From contig CAWBKB010000004.1 of the NCBI GenBank assembly GCA_963789265.1, positions 160,001 to 224,000 of the forward strand: a DNA stretch of 64,000 bases, written 5' to 3'. The translations under genes and the position numbers were made by a program. The stretch's first letter is position 1, and the number at the start of each line of letters is the position of its first letter. The DNA is from an uncultured delta proteobacterium (GTDB lineage Bacteria; Desulfobacterota; Desulfomonilia; Desulfomonilales; Desulfomonilaceae). This document shows, piece after piece, positions 1 through 9,703 of this stretch. Below the pieces are notes generated by a model. It had not been told where the DNA came from. It did not search any database and saw only the letters and a program-made list of their open reading frames with translations.

Positions 1-1
1 T

Positions 2-1135
2 AAATTTGAGGTGCCTGAGATCATCTATGGTCTTGGGGCATTGTGCCAAATAGGTGAGTGCGCCAAACGGCTGGGCGGCGAAAGAGTGATGTTGGTCACC
101 GATCCGGGAATCGTCGAAGCAGGCTGGGTGGATGAGACGATCAAGCATCTTGAACAAGAGGACTTGAAATACGTTCTGTACGATAATGTGGTCACAAATC
201 CTCGAGATTTTCAGGTGGTGGAAGGCGCTCAGGAGTATGTCCAGAAAAAGTGTGACGTGATCGTGGCAGTCGGCGGGGGCAGCCCTATCGACACGGCAAA
301 GGGCATAGCCATCCTAGTGTCAAACCACGGCAGCATTCAAGAATACGAAGGTTGCAATCGGATTGTTCAACCGCTTCCTCCCATGGTCTGTTCACCGACC
401 ACCGCGGGAACAGGTGCCGACGTGACACAATTTGCCATAATTACCGACACGGATCGAAAAATGAAAATGACAATCCTAAGCAGAGCTATCATGCCCGATA
501 TTTCGCTGATAGATCCGCGATTGCTCCAGACCAAGTCTCCGGAACTCATGGCCGCCACAGGTATGGATGCGCTGACTCATGCCCTTGAGGCCTATGTATC
601 CTCGCTGTCATGGTCTATGACCGATCCTCATGCAATTCACGCGGTGGAATTGATTGCCGAACATCTTGTAGCTGCTGTAAAATACAAACGAATCGAAGCG
701 CTCGAAGGAATGTCCATTGCCTGCCTCGAGGCGGGTATAGCATTTTCCAATGCTATCCTGGGCGCGGTGCATGCGTTGGCCCATCCGGTGGGAGGTTTTT
801 ACGATGTACACCACGGCGTTGCAAATGTGGTGCTTCTGCCGGCTGTGGTACCAAAGAACCTCGAATATTCCAATGAAAAGTACGCGTGAGTCGCGGCGGC
901 CATGGGAGCGCAAACCAATGGAATGGCCGTAACCGACGCTGCCATCAGCGTCCTTGAACGCATTGATAAATTGATTGCCGAACTCGAGCTACCTACCAAG
1001 CTTTCTTCGCTTGGCGTGAATCAGGACGACATCCCGCGGATGGCGGCTCTTGCCGAGCAGGACATCTGCATGTTAACCAATCCGTGCTACTACTCGATTG
1101 CGGAAATCGAGGAGCTATACCGGGAAGCCTGGTAA
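2..1135 (+). CDS. Iron-containing alcohol dehydrogenase family protein, ErcA-like; 5'-truncated by the window edge, in-frame TGA at 887-889
   Basis: Frame is open from base 2 (KFEVPEIIYG). Motifs GGGSPIDTAK, PTTAGTG, DALTHALE, GAVHALAH and HHG. ORFs 11..889 and 902..1135 share one frame, split by a single TGA. Confidence 0.85.
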
Positions 1136-1144
1136 GGACGTCAC

Positions 1145-2341
1145 ATGTCAAAAGCAAGTACACCTGCTGACTACGATTTTAAAGGGATCGGTTTTTCGAA
1201 AATAGGGTACTTCAAGGAAGTTCGCTCCAAGATAAGGGAACTTGAAGACCTCAATATAGAACTTGCGCGGCGTCACAACAAGCTCGAAGCAATCATTAAC
1301 GGCATGAGCAGTGGATTGGTAATCTTGGACCGAAACCTGAACATTATCTTTGCAAACAAGGTCCAGGTGTCCATGTTCCCCGGTGTCCCGCTGATCGATC
1401 AGGAGTGCTATAAGGCTCTGTACGGGAAGAAAAAGAGATGCAAGGATTGCCCGGCCCTAAAAACACTGGAAACTCACGAAACTTACAGAGGTGAAATCCT
1501 GATCAAGGAAGGCGGATTTGCAGGTCGGTACTATGAATGGACTACTTCACCCATAAAGAATCCATTCGGTGAGGTATCCGAAATTGTCCTGCTCATGCGT
1601 GACATAACCCGGCGCAAGGAGTACGAATTCAAGCTATTGCAAGCCGACCGCATGGCGGCAGTAGGCTTGCTTGCCGCAGGAATCGCGCACGAGATCAACA
1701 ACCCCTTGACATCCATCGCGGGATTTTCGGAAGGATTGCTTAAGAGGCTCAAGGAATTCAAGGGGCCGGTAGACCGCAAGCAATTGGCGATGTTTAAAGA
1801 GTACCTTGAAATCATTTTTAAAGATGCTTACAGATGCAAAGATATCATCCAAAACCTGCTTGAATACAGCAAAAAGTCGACTGATGATACGGAGATTCTG
1901 GACATTGACCAAATTGTCAGCGACACTGCATCTCTCATTCGGCAACATGCTAAAGACAACAAGATCAGAATAGTTGTCAAGAATAGCTTGGCTACCGGAT
2001 TCAATCGAATCGTCGGGAACGAATCACAGCTCAAACACTTATTTCTGAATCTCTTTAATAATGCTTTTAAAGCTATGGAAGGCGGCGGGCAACTCAGCAC
2101 GCTGGCCAAAAATTCCGGCAATCTCATAGAAATCACCATATCTTACCATGGGCGTGCTGTAGCGCGGGCAAAGGACCGGTCTCAAGATCGTTTGTGTGAA
2201 AACGTAGCCGAGAGGGACGAGCGTATGGACCTCTCGATCTGCTACAGTATCATGCGCCATCATGGCGGCGAATTGAGATTGGAGGACTCGGCTGGAGGAG
2301 CGCGCAAATTCGTTTTGCAATTTCCTTCCATAATGACTTAG
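1145..2341 (+). CDS. PAS-domain sensor histidine kinase with a degenerate ATP-binding domain
   Basis: H-box AHEINNPL and N-box LFNNAFKA are present; the G1/F/G2 boxes are not recognisable. Confidence 0.85.
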   Translation: MSKASTPADYDFKGIGFSKIGYFKEVRSKIRELEDLNIELARRHNKLEAIINGMSSGLVILDRNLNIIFANKVQVSMFPGVPLIDQECYKALYGKKKRCKDCPALKTLETHETYRGEILIKEGGFAGRYYEWTTSPIKNPFGEVSEIVLLMRDITRRKEYEFKLLQADRMAAVGLLAAGIAHEINNPLTSIAGFSEGLLKRLKEFKGPVDRKQLAMFKEYLEIIFKDAYRCKDIIQNLLEYSKKSTDDTEILDIDQIVSDTASLIRQHAKDNKIRIVVKNSLATGFNRIVGNESQLKHLFLNLFNNAFKAMEGGGQLSTLAKNSGNLIEITISYHGRAVARAKDRSQDRLCENVAERDERMDLSICYSIMRHHGGELRLEDSAGGARKFVLQFPSIMT

Positions 2342-2639
2342 AATTAAACATTTGACCGGTAATTTCATCTGAATTCAACTGCCTGCTTGATTTTTTCGGA
2401 GGAGTTGACTAAGCTTGGTTAGTCTGAGTGCCAGTTTGTTCCTTCCCGCATTCTTGAATTGTGATGTAAGGTGGCCCAAAATCGCCTTTTGACTGTCGTC
2501 GCGTTGAAGACTGTCAGGTAGGCAAGACATCAGGTCCCACAACTCGGCGGATGACTACTCCAAGACGACGATGTCATCGGCCTGCATCCACTCCCGCTTC
2601 TCTGGATAGCTCGCTGACCGGGAAAAAGGACTCAGTGAC

Positions 2640-3977
2640 ATGAGTCACGCCAAAATCCTCGCCATTGACGACGAAAAAAATATCAGACACTTGATCAAGA
2701 ACGAGCTCACACTTGAGGGCCTCGATGTCTCTACGGCCAAAAGCGGCGAGGAGGGCCTCAAACTTTTCAAGGATAAGAGCTTTGATGTCGTGCTCCTTGA
2801 CATAAGGCTCCCCAAGATGAATGGCCTCGAAGTGCTGAGGAATCTGAAACAAAAATCTCCCCGCACTGAAGTCATTATGATCACCGGTTACGGAGACATA
2901 CAAACTGCCGTACAATCCATGAAACTGGGCGCCCGAGACTACATCACCAAGCCTTTCAAGTTGAGCGAGCTATTGGCCATGGTTAATGAAATCGTGGCTG
3001 AAAACGGGAGATATAAGGACCTGCGGACGCAGCATCCGGCCAATCCGGCCGATGGTGCGCCCAGCTTTGTCGGATGCCCCAGCGAAGAAATGCAAGAGGT
3101 CTATGACCTGGCCGATAGGGTGGCCGATACGGACGTGACCGTGCTGATCCAGGGCGAGACTGGAGTGGGAAAGGACGTGCTTGCGGTCCGGATCCATCTC
3201 AACAGCAGTAGAAAGGCCAATTCTTTTGTTGTAGTTGATTGCGGATTGCTCACTCAAAATCTGGCCGAGAGTGAACTATACGGGCACACTAAGGGTGCTT
3301 TTTCCGGCGCGTCTGAAACGAAACAGGGCCTGGTGGAAAAAAGCCATGAAGGCACAATATTCTTCGACGAAATCGGAAATATCGAGCTGGACATGCAAAA
3401 GAAATTTCTCCGGTTTCTCGAGACGAAAAAGTTCCGCCGCCTGGGCGAGACCAAGGAAAGGCAGGTTGACAGCCGAATAATCCTGGCGACCAATCTGGAT
3501 CTAAATGATGCGGCACAAAAGGGGATTATGCGGCGAGACTTGTTTTACCGTATGGATGTAATCTGCATTCGGGTACCTCCTCTCAGGAATCGGGCCGAAG
3601 ACATTGCGCCGCTAGCCCGGCATTTCCTTGGACTGAACCGCGGCAAGCAGCAGCCCAGGGAAATTTCTCCCGAAGCCTTGATGGCACTCGCCGAGTACAC
3701 CTGGCCCGGCAATATCAGAGAGTTGAGATCCGTAATTACCAAGGCTACGATATTCTCCAAGTCCGACGTGATTACGCCTGAAGACCTGCCCGCGCACATC
3801 CTGACGGACAAAAAACCTCTGCTATCACCACCCAAGAGTCTGGAAGATCTCGAAAAGGATCACATTGTGAAGGTCCTCGAGGATACGGGCGGTAACCAGA
3901 GCAAAGCCGCGGACATTCTGGGTATCAACCGCAAGACTCTGTACAAGAAGATGCATAAGTACCAACTTTTTGTCTAA
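2640..3977 (+). CDS. NtrC-family sigma54-dependent response regulator (REC-AAA+-Fis HTH)
   Basis: REC (LLDIRLP), Walker A GETGVGKD, ESELYGH, GAFSGA, FFDEIG, WPGNIREL and C-terminal HTH LGINRKTLYKK. Confidence 0.95.
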   Translation: MSHAKILAIDDEKNIRHLIKNELTLEGLDVSTAKSGEEGLKLFKDKSFDVVLLDIRLPKMNGLEVLRNLKQKSPRTEVIMITGYGDIQTAVQSMKLGARDYITKPFKLSELLAMVNEIVAENGRYKDLRTQHPANPADGAPSFVGCPSEEMQEVYDLADRVADTDVTVLIQGETGVGKDVLAVRIHLNSSRKANSFVVVDCGLLTQNLAESELYGHTKGAFSGASETKQGLVEKSHEGTIFFDEIGNIELDMQKKFLRFLETKKFRRLGETKERQVDSRIILATNLDLNDAAQKGIMRRDLFYRMDVICIRVPPLRNRAEDIAPLARHFLGLNRGKQQPREISPEALMALAEYTWPGNIRELRSVITKATIFSKSDVITPEDLPAHILTDKKPLLSPPKSLEDLEKDHIVKVLEDTGGNQSKAADILGINRKTLYKKMHKYQLFV

Positions 3978-4199
3978 TGTACACAAGCCGACCTTCTTGT
4001 GGCCTTATGTCCCTTTAGGCCCCACCACTCATCGACAAGCTTAACTCATCGTTAAATCACCTGGTTATGACTTTGACCCGCTTATGAACTGGGGTGACCT
4101 TGCCGTTTGGATGAATGTAAAGGCACTCCGATGAAGAACCCATTTGGAACCTCCGACTCACTCTAATTCGCATTCAAAAATTGTGAGAAAATCCCTCTA

Positions 4200-4390
4200 A
4201 TACCAGTGCGCTATCAAACAAGTGACAATCCCCGAGAGGATGTGGTGGGGCAGGCATCCTGCCTACCATTCGTCACCCCGGACTTCGATCCGGGGTCCAG
4301 TCTGGATGCCCGCGTACGCGGGCATGACGACTGGCAAGATGCCTGTCCCACTAAAAACACGGTGTCACTTGTTTGCAAGCGAATCAGTAT
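4200..4390. mobile_element. MITE-like element (family A) with internal REP-like palindromes
   Basis: Imperfect TIRs ...CAAACAAGTGACA / TGTCACTTGTTTG...; internal CCCCGGACTTCGATCCGGGG and ATGCCCGCGTACGCGGGCAT. Related copies at ~43867-44147 and ~50461. Confidence 0.65.
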
Positions 4391-4552
4391 AACCCCCCTT
4401 TAGTAAAGGGGGAAGGGGGGATTATGAATGTGATTTGGCATTACTGGCTCGGTTCTTAGCCTCTATGTGACGGTCATCAGTGATGGGGTATTATTGTATC
4501 GGCATTTGCCCCGACGCCTCAAATTCCCACAAATTGGCTAGTATTTCAGTTC

Positions 4553-4568
4553 AGGCATGGACCTTGCA
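4553..4568 (+). promoter_or_regulatory. Sigma54 -24/-12 promoter of the DUF362-mft-lar operon
   Basis: AGGCATGGACCTTGCA: GG(4554-55)-N10-GC(4566-67), downstream of a sigma54 activator gene. Confidence 0.65.
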
Positions 4569-4875
4569 TACCCTCACGCGCGGCCGACCACGAACGGAAA
4601 TTCTCAACCTCGAATAAATCGGCGTGAAAATCAGGGAACTGGTCGAGACAAGGTAGTCGGATGGATTCTTGGCCTGGACCGGCGCTTCCAAATGTGGCTG
4701 GCAGTCCGCGGAATCATAAGGCGAAAGGAGGCTGGTACGAATAGCTCCCGGTCGTAGGAGAAGCTTTGAGGAACAAGAAGCAGTCTCTCGGGCATCGGCT
4801 TGGAGTCGTATTCCGATTCCAAGCAGTTGCTTGCTCGAAACCATTACCCTCACAACCAATTAGAGGAGGAGTATC

Positions 4876-6234
4876 ATGCCGGAAAAGGTCTCTAAGGTCT
4901 GGTACGCTGCTGCCGGTGCCACAAACTGGACTGAGAGTACTATCTGTAAAGCCAAAGACCTGTTCTACATGGCCGGTCTCGATAAATGCATTGCGAAAGA
5001 CGACAGCGTTGCCGTCAAAATCCACTGCGGCGAGTGGAACCGAACCGCTTGTTTGAGGCCGGAGTTCGTGGCCGCCATCGTAGAAGAGGTCAAGGCCTGT
5101 GGCGGAAAACCATTTGTTACTGACACCACTACCCTTACGTATCATCTCTACAACAATCGTTGCACAGGCCAGATGGAGACAGAGGGCGCCAATCGTCACG
5201 GCCTTAACTGGGCGAGCCTCCAGGCTCCATTCATAATTTCGGACGGCTTCTTCGGGGAAGACGATCTGAGGGTAGAGCTTCCTGAAGGGAACATCCTTAA
5301 GGAAACCTACATCGGCCGAGGCATTTATGAAGCTGACGCTTGCATCAATCTGGCTCATGCAAAAGGTCACCCCATAACTGCGTATGGAGGATGCATCAAG
5401 AATTTCGGTATCGGTGCTCAATCCAAGCGCGGCAAGTACCAGACACACCTCGCCTTCTGGGGCGATCCCGAAGACGCGATCGGTTATCCGAAGGTCAACA
5501 AGGAAGGCTGCAGAGGAAAAGAGTGTCCGTATGCAAAAATGTGTGAGGATAGCTGTCCCGAAGAGGCCATCAAGGTCAAACCTGACGGGGTAGAACTCGA
5601 TTATTCCAAGTGCGCTCTTTGTTACTCCTGCCAGGTGACCTGTATGTTCACAGGCATGGAAGGAATTGGCTTCCGGGATGACTATTTCCCGTTGGCGCAG
5701 ATCGCCATGTCCGACGCTGCACTGGGCTGCGTGAAAACATTCAAGCCCGGCAAGATAGGCTACATGGCTTATGCGGTTGATATGTCCCCGGAATGCGACT
5801 GCTTCCCCTGGGCAGGCCTTCCTGTAGCAACAGATGTCGGTGTTTTTGCATCTAACGACCCTGTGGCTATTGACACCGCAATCTGCGACTTACTCGACAA
5901 AGCGCCCATCTACCCGGGCGGCAGATCCGAGGAGCTGGGTTTGAAGCCCGGAGAAGACAAGCTGAAGGCCGTCAACGCCTTTACGCCCAGGATCCAGCTC
6001 AAGGCCGGCGAGAAAATAGGCATGGGGACCATGAATTATGAATTGGTCACCTATGAGCCCGAACTCAATCCGGAAAATATTGCCAAGTGGCAGATCCGAA
6101 AAGTGCCCATGACGGTTAATCCTATGCGTCAAGTCTTCAAGCACCATCACCTTGGCAGAGAATTCCCGTTCGGCCGACACGGCGATGCCAAGACGTGGAT
6201 CGGCAAATGGAAAGGCTTCGATCCCACTGCCTAG
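4876..6234 (+). CDS. DUF362-family protein with an inserted ferredoxin-like Fe-S domain; candidate nickel-pincer enzyme
   Basis: Strong RBS GAGGAGG. Motifs KIHCGE, HAKGH..GGCIKN, CxxxxCxxxxxCxxxCP, CxxCxxCxxxC, PECDC and DPVAID. Confidence 0.85.
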   Translation: MPEKVSKVWYAAAGATNWTESTICKAKDLFYMAGLDKCIAKDDSVAVKIHCGEWNRTACLRPEFVAAIVEEVKACGGKPFVTDTTTLTYHLYNNRCTGQMETEGANRHGLNWASLQAPFIISDGFFGEDDLRVELPEGNILKETYIGRGIYEADACINLAHAKGHPITAYGGCIKNFGIGAQSKRGKYQTHLAFWGDPEDAIGYPKVNKEGCRGKECPYAKMCEDSCPEEAIKVKPDGVELDYSKCALCYSCQVTCMFTGMEGIGFRDDYFPLAQIAMSDAALGCVKTFKPGKIGYMAYAVDMSPECDCFPWAGLPVATDVGVFASNDPVAIDTAICDLLDKAPIYPGGRSEELGLKPGEDKLKAVNAFTPRIQLKAGEKIGMGTMNYELVTYEPELNPENIAKWQIRKVPMTVNPMRQVFKHHHLGREFPFGRHGDAKTWIGKWKGFDPTA

Positions 6235-6264
6235 CACGTCTTGTGAATCAGCATAAGGTTTCGT

Positions 6265-6298
6265 TGGGGCGGGCCTTGGATCATCCGCCCCACATTTT
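6265..6298 (+). terminator. Hairpin (possible leaky intrinsic terminator) after the first DUF362 gene
   Basis: TGGGGCGG(6265-72)/CCGCCCCA(6285-92) followed by CATTTT. Confidence 0.45.
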
Positions 6299-6480
6299 CT
6301 CAAAAGCCGCCCGGAAGCATTCTCTGGAGACTTTCAAAATGCCGGGGGACTGAATCCGGTCGTTATGAATCACTGAGGCAAGTAAGAGCCGCAGGGAGTG
6401 CATTTGCCGTATTGGACAAGCACATTTTCAAGCAAAATCAGAGCCTTTTGGAGAGGCAACAAACCTTAACTAGGGTGACC

Positions 6481-7594
6481 ATGTCCAACGTCTATTGGAT
6501 CAAGGGCCGTTCGGCAGGCATTTATCAGAGCATCATTGCAAAAATGACGGGACTGCTTAGTACCCGAAGAGTTGACCGGGCTGATGGTGCCGGGAGAAAG
6601 CCTTGCCTTAAAGATAAATATGAGTGAACTCGGCTACGCACATTATCTGCCGCCCGTAGTCGTCACCACCCTTTTTGAAAAAGCAAGGGGCTTGGGCGCT
6701 AAACCGGTTGTGACCGACAGTTGTAGTCTGTTTAAAGGTTCCCGCTTCAGCGGTTACGATTGGATAAACAGCGCTCTTACACTTGGCTACAGTACTGGTG
6801 AGACATTTGACAATCAGATGATGCTTGCTGGAGGGTACACGAATGAAGAAGGCAGATTCTACCCCTCCGAAGGCAGGCATCTTGGCGGCGTCGAACTTGG
6901 CAGTCTTCTTACAGACACGGGAAACGTGGTCGTAATTTCCCATGTCACAGCTCATCCGCTCCTGGGACTCAGCGGAGCCGTCTACGACTTTGGTGTAGGC
7001 ATGCTGACGACCTCGGGCAAGCTCAGGGTTCATTCGTGCCTGGAGATAATTTTCGATCAAAGCAAGTGTGACAATTGTGAGGCATGCTTGTCTTTCTGTC
7101 CTACTGGAGCCATATCCAGCGGCTCACCTACCATCGTTTATGACCGCGAGATTTGCAACAACTGCCTTGGATGCTTTCTTGCCTGTCCGAACGGCGCCAT
7201 GAGCATCAAGCCGGAAGGAATTCCTATATTTCAAGAAAGTGTAGTCGAATCCGCTCGCACCGCAATGGACAACCTGCGGGGTGCGGCTTTTTTCATAAAT
7301 TTCCTGAGTTCCGTGACTCCGCAGACGAACGACCATCCTTTCTCCGACATACCGTTCATCCCCGATCTAGGCATACTGGCATCGGAAGATCCGGTAGCCG
7401 TCGATTGGGCAACTTATCAGATGATTACCAGCAGTCCCGGTGTGCCCGGTTCGATAGTCGAACAATTGGGTGTATTGGGCAAAGGTCAGGACAAAATCAA
7501 GGCTATTACAGGAATCGACCCTGAGCATTGGATCGAATACGCGGAACAGATGAAACTCGGGAGCCGGGCTTGTGAGTTCCTATCAAACGCCTGA
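6481..7594 (+). CDS. Second DUF362-family protein with a 2x[4Fe-4S] domain; apparent +1 frameshift near 6563-6565
   Basis: MSNVYWIKG N-terminus from ATG 6481 joins the 6572 ORF if one C is removed. Two CxxCxxCxxxCP motifs; DLGILASEDPVAVD. Confidence 0.75.
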
Positions 7595-7644
7595 GTCGTT
7601 TGGTGAGGGCTCCGATATTTTTCGCTCAAAAGGAGGCGGCATCA

Positions 7645-8544
7645 ATGTCCACCGACCGCAGCATGGCGGAAATGCACAAAATGCACGGACCCATCAATCA
7701 GGCCATGGCCCACGTGAATTATAAGCTGGCCGTGATCAGCGGAAAAGGGGGAGTGGGAAAGACCAGCGTGGTAGTCAACCTCGCTGCCGCCTTAAAGAAA
7801 AAGGACATGGAGGTTGGGATTTTTGATGCGGACGTTCACGGCCCTAGCGTGCCCAAAATGGTGGGTATCAAAACCAAAATGAGGGACCTGCTTCACGGAA
7901 GCCACGGCATCGACCCTGTTTCCACAGATCACGGATTAAAGGTCATGTCCGTAGCGCTCATCTGGCCGACCGATATGACGCCCATTATGTGGCGCGGCCA
8001 GTACAAAGCCCGCGTGCTCAGGCAGTTCCTAAGCTCCATCAAATGGCATGAACTTGATTTCCTGCTCGTGGATCTTCCACCCGGTACGGGTGATGAGCCC
8101 ATCACGATTATGAAATCAATACCAAGTCTGGACGGTCTGATTGTCGTCACCACACCTCAGGAGATCTCCACCATCGTATGTAGCAAGGCCATCAATGCGG
8201 CCAAGGAACTCAACACCCCCATTATCGGCCTCATTGAGAACATGAACTCCTATCGTTGCCCCGGCTGCGGGCGGGAAGAATTCCTCTTCGGGAGAGAAAA
8301 AGGGGAGAAGCTGGCCAATACCTTCAAGATTCCGTTCCTCGGGGGCATACCTCTGGATGGGCAATATTCGGATGCCGCGGACCAAGGGATCCCTATCGTT
8401 TTTAAGCACCCGGATTCTCTAACTTCTCAGGCCATGTTGAAAATTGCAGATGAGATTGTCAGAAGATTGCCTCCCAGGCCAAAAGCGGTTGTAAAAGAGC
8501 ATGCCTGGGAAGAGGGCAGGGAACACAAACGAAAAACTCATTAG
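7645..8544 (+). CDS. Mrp/NBP35 (ApbC) Fe-S cluster carrier ATPase
   Basis: SGKGGVGKT, DADVHGPSVP, DLPPGTGDE and ENM..CPGC; RBS AGGAGG before ATG 7645. Confidence 0.9.
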   Translation: MSTDRSMAEMHKMHGPINQAMAHVNYKLAVISGKGGVGKTSVVVNLAAALKKKDMEVGIFDADVHGPSVPKMVGIKTKMRDLLHGSHGIDPVSTDHGLKVMSVALIWPTDMTPIMWRGQYKARVLRQFLSSIKWHELDFLLVDLPPGTGDEPITIMKSIPSLDGLIVVTTPQEISTIVCSKAINAAKELNTPIIGLIENMNSYRCPGCGREEFLFGREKGEKLANTFKIPFLGGIPLDGQYSDAADQGIPIVFKHPDSLTSQAMLKIADEIVRRLPPRPKAVVKEHAWEEGREHKRKTH

Positions 8545-8649
8545 CAGATCCCACGCGGAATTTTGACAACGCGCACGGCGGGATCCAAATCCATGCGGCG
8601 CCGAAGCGAAATCCGCGATTGAAGATAACAACGCAGGAAGGAGTTTGAG

Positions 8650-9009
8650 ATGGCAGATCAACAAAAAATCGATGTCACCGGGAAAGGTCCCGCCTTCATG
8701 AGAGAAGCCCTGGAGTTGTTCAGACAGATTGACGGACAGTGTGCTGCTTTGTCCCCGGATGCTGCCGTGAAAATCAAGGCAACTCTTTCAACCAAGGCAC
8801 ATGAAATTGAGCCTCTGCTGAGCCGAGCGTACATGAAAACAGTCAAGGCGGGAGAGACTGCTCTTGGCTGTAAGCAACTTGCAACCGACTTGAAATCGTC
8901 CATAGACACCGGTGATGAGGCTAAGGCATTGGAAGCCTTGGATAACCTTGGGACGCAACTCGATGGGCTCGTCCACAAAGTCAAAACTTTTGTGGTGAGA
9001 ATGACGTGA
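8650..9009 (+). CDS. Hypothetical helical protein
   Basis: RBS AAGGAG, ATG start, operonic position. Confidence 0.7.
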   Translation: MADQQKIDVTGKGPAFMREALELFRQIDGQCAALSPDAAVKIKATLSTKAHEIEPLLSRAYMKTVKAGETALGCKQLATDLKSSIDTGDEAKALEALDNLGTQLDGLVHKVKTFVVRMT

Positions 9010-9025
9010 TGTAGGAGGGGTAGTT

Positions 9026-9328
9026 TTGGCGGGAAAGCTGAGCGACGATCTTTTGGCCGTCATGAGGATCATTCAGGATAAGGGCGGCACGCACTGTTCG
9101 GGATCCTGCCATCATCGGAAACCTGGTGAATTCCACTGTCACTTGATCGGGCAGGAACTGAAGATGTCGTCGTCAGGTGTAAAAGATCGAATTCTTGCTC
9201 TGCTTCGGATGGGCCTGCTGAAACGCGAGAGAGTGGGCGGGCAAGAAGCATACCCCACCACGATGTTCACCATTTCGGCAAAGGGGGAAATGGTGCTGAC
9301 TCAGATCAGCGATGGCGACAAGAAATAG
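9026..9328 (+). CDS. Small winged-helix-like protein with a Cys/His-rich insert
   Basis: RBS AGGAGG. HCSGSCHHRKPGEFHCH precedes the HTH-like segment IGQELKMSSSGVKDRILALLRMGLL. Confidence 0.6.
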   Translation: MAGKLSDDLLAVMRIIQDKGGTHCSGSCHHRKPGEFHCHLIGQELKMSSSGVKDRILALLRMGLLKRERVGGQEAYPTTMFTISAKGEMVLTQISDGDKK

Positions 9329-9336
9329 AGGTCCTT

Positions 9337-9654
9337 ATGCCGCACCCAATGCATGAAGCGGTAGTTGACTTGATTCAGAAGGCCGTAGCTCTAATGGATG
9401 GCTTCCTGCGATATCAAACCGATTTGAATGAATATTCGGAGAAACTCAGAGCACTGGACGTGGACACCGTAATGGTCGCGTACGCAAACGATTTCAAGAA
9501 TGACGCCACGCTGGTCTATTACCTGGATGCGCTCATGCTCCTCTCTTCGCTCCAGCATGAGTTGGATTTCCAGGTTGCCGAGTACGGCGCCAACGTAGCG
9601 TTGGAAGACATGCGGAACTTACAAGAGCTGTTGAAGAAATTTCCCGAAAAGTAA
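9337..9654 (+). CDS. Hypothetical acidic helical protein
   Basis: RBS GAGG, ATG start, tightly packed in the operon. Confidence 0.7.
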   Translation: MPHPMHEAVVDLIQKAVALMDGFLRYQTDLNEYSEKLRALDVDTVMVAYANDFKNDATLVYYLDALMLLSSLQHELDFQVAEYGANVALEDMRNLQELLKKFPEK

Positions 9655-9703
9655 CACCGGTCATCACGCGGCTGCACCCGGAGGCGCCGGAAAGGAGAAA
9701 CAG

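Noticed and set aside
887..889. Selenocysteine in the Fe-ADH
   Set aside because: The column is not a Cys position in Fe-ADHs; Arg CGA to TGA is the simpler explanation.
4206..4403. Short ORFs in repeats (also 16526-16881, 43911-44168, 51959-52204)
   Set aside because: They are translations of MITE/REP palindromes.
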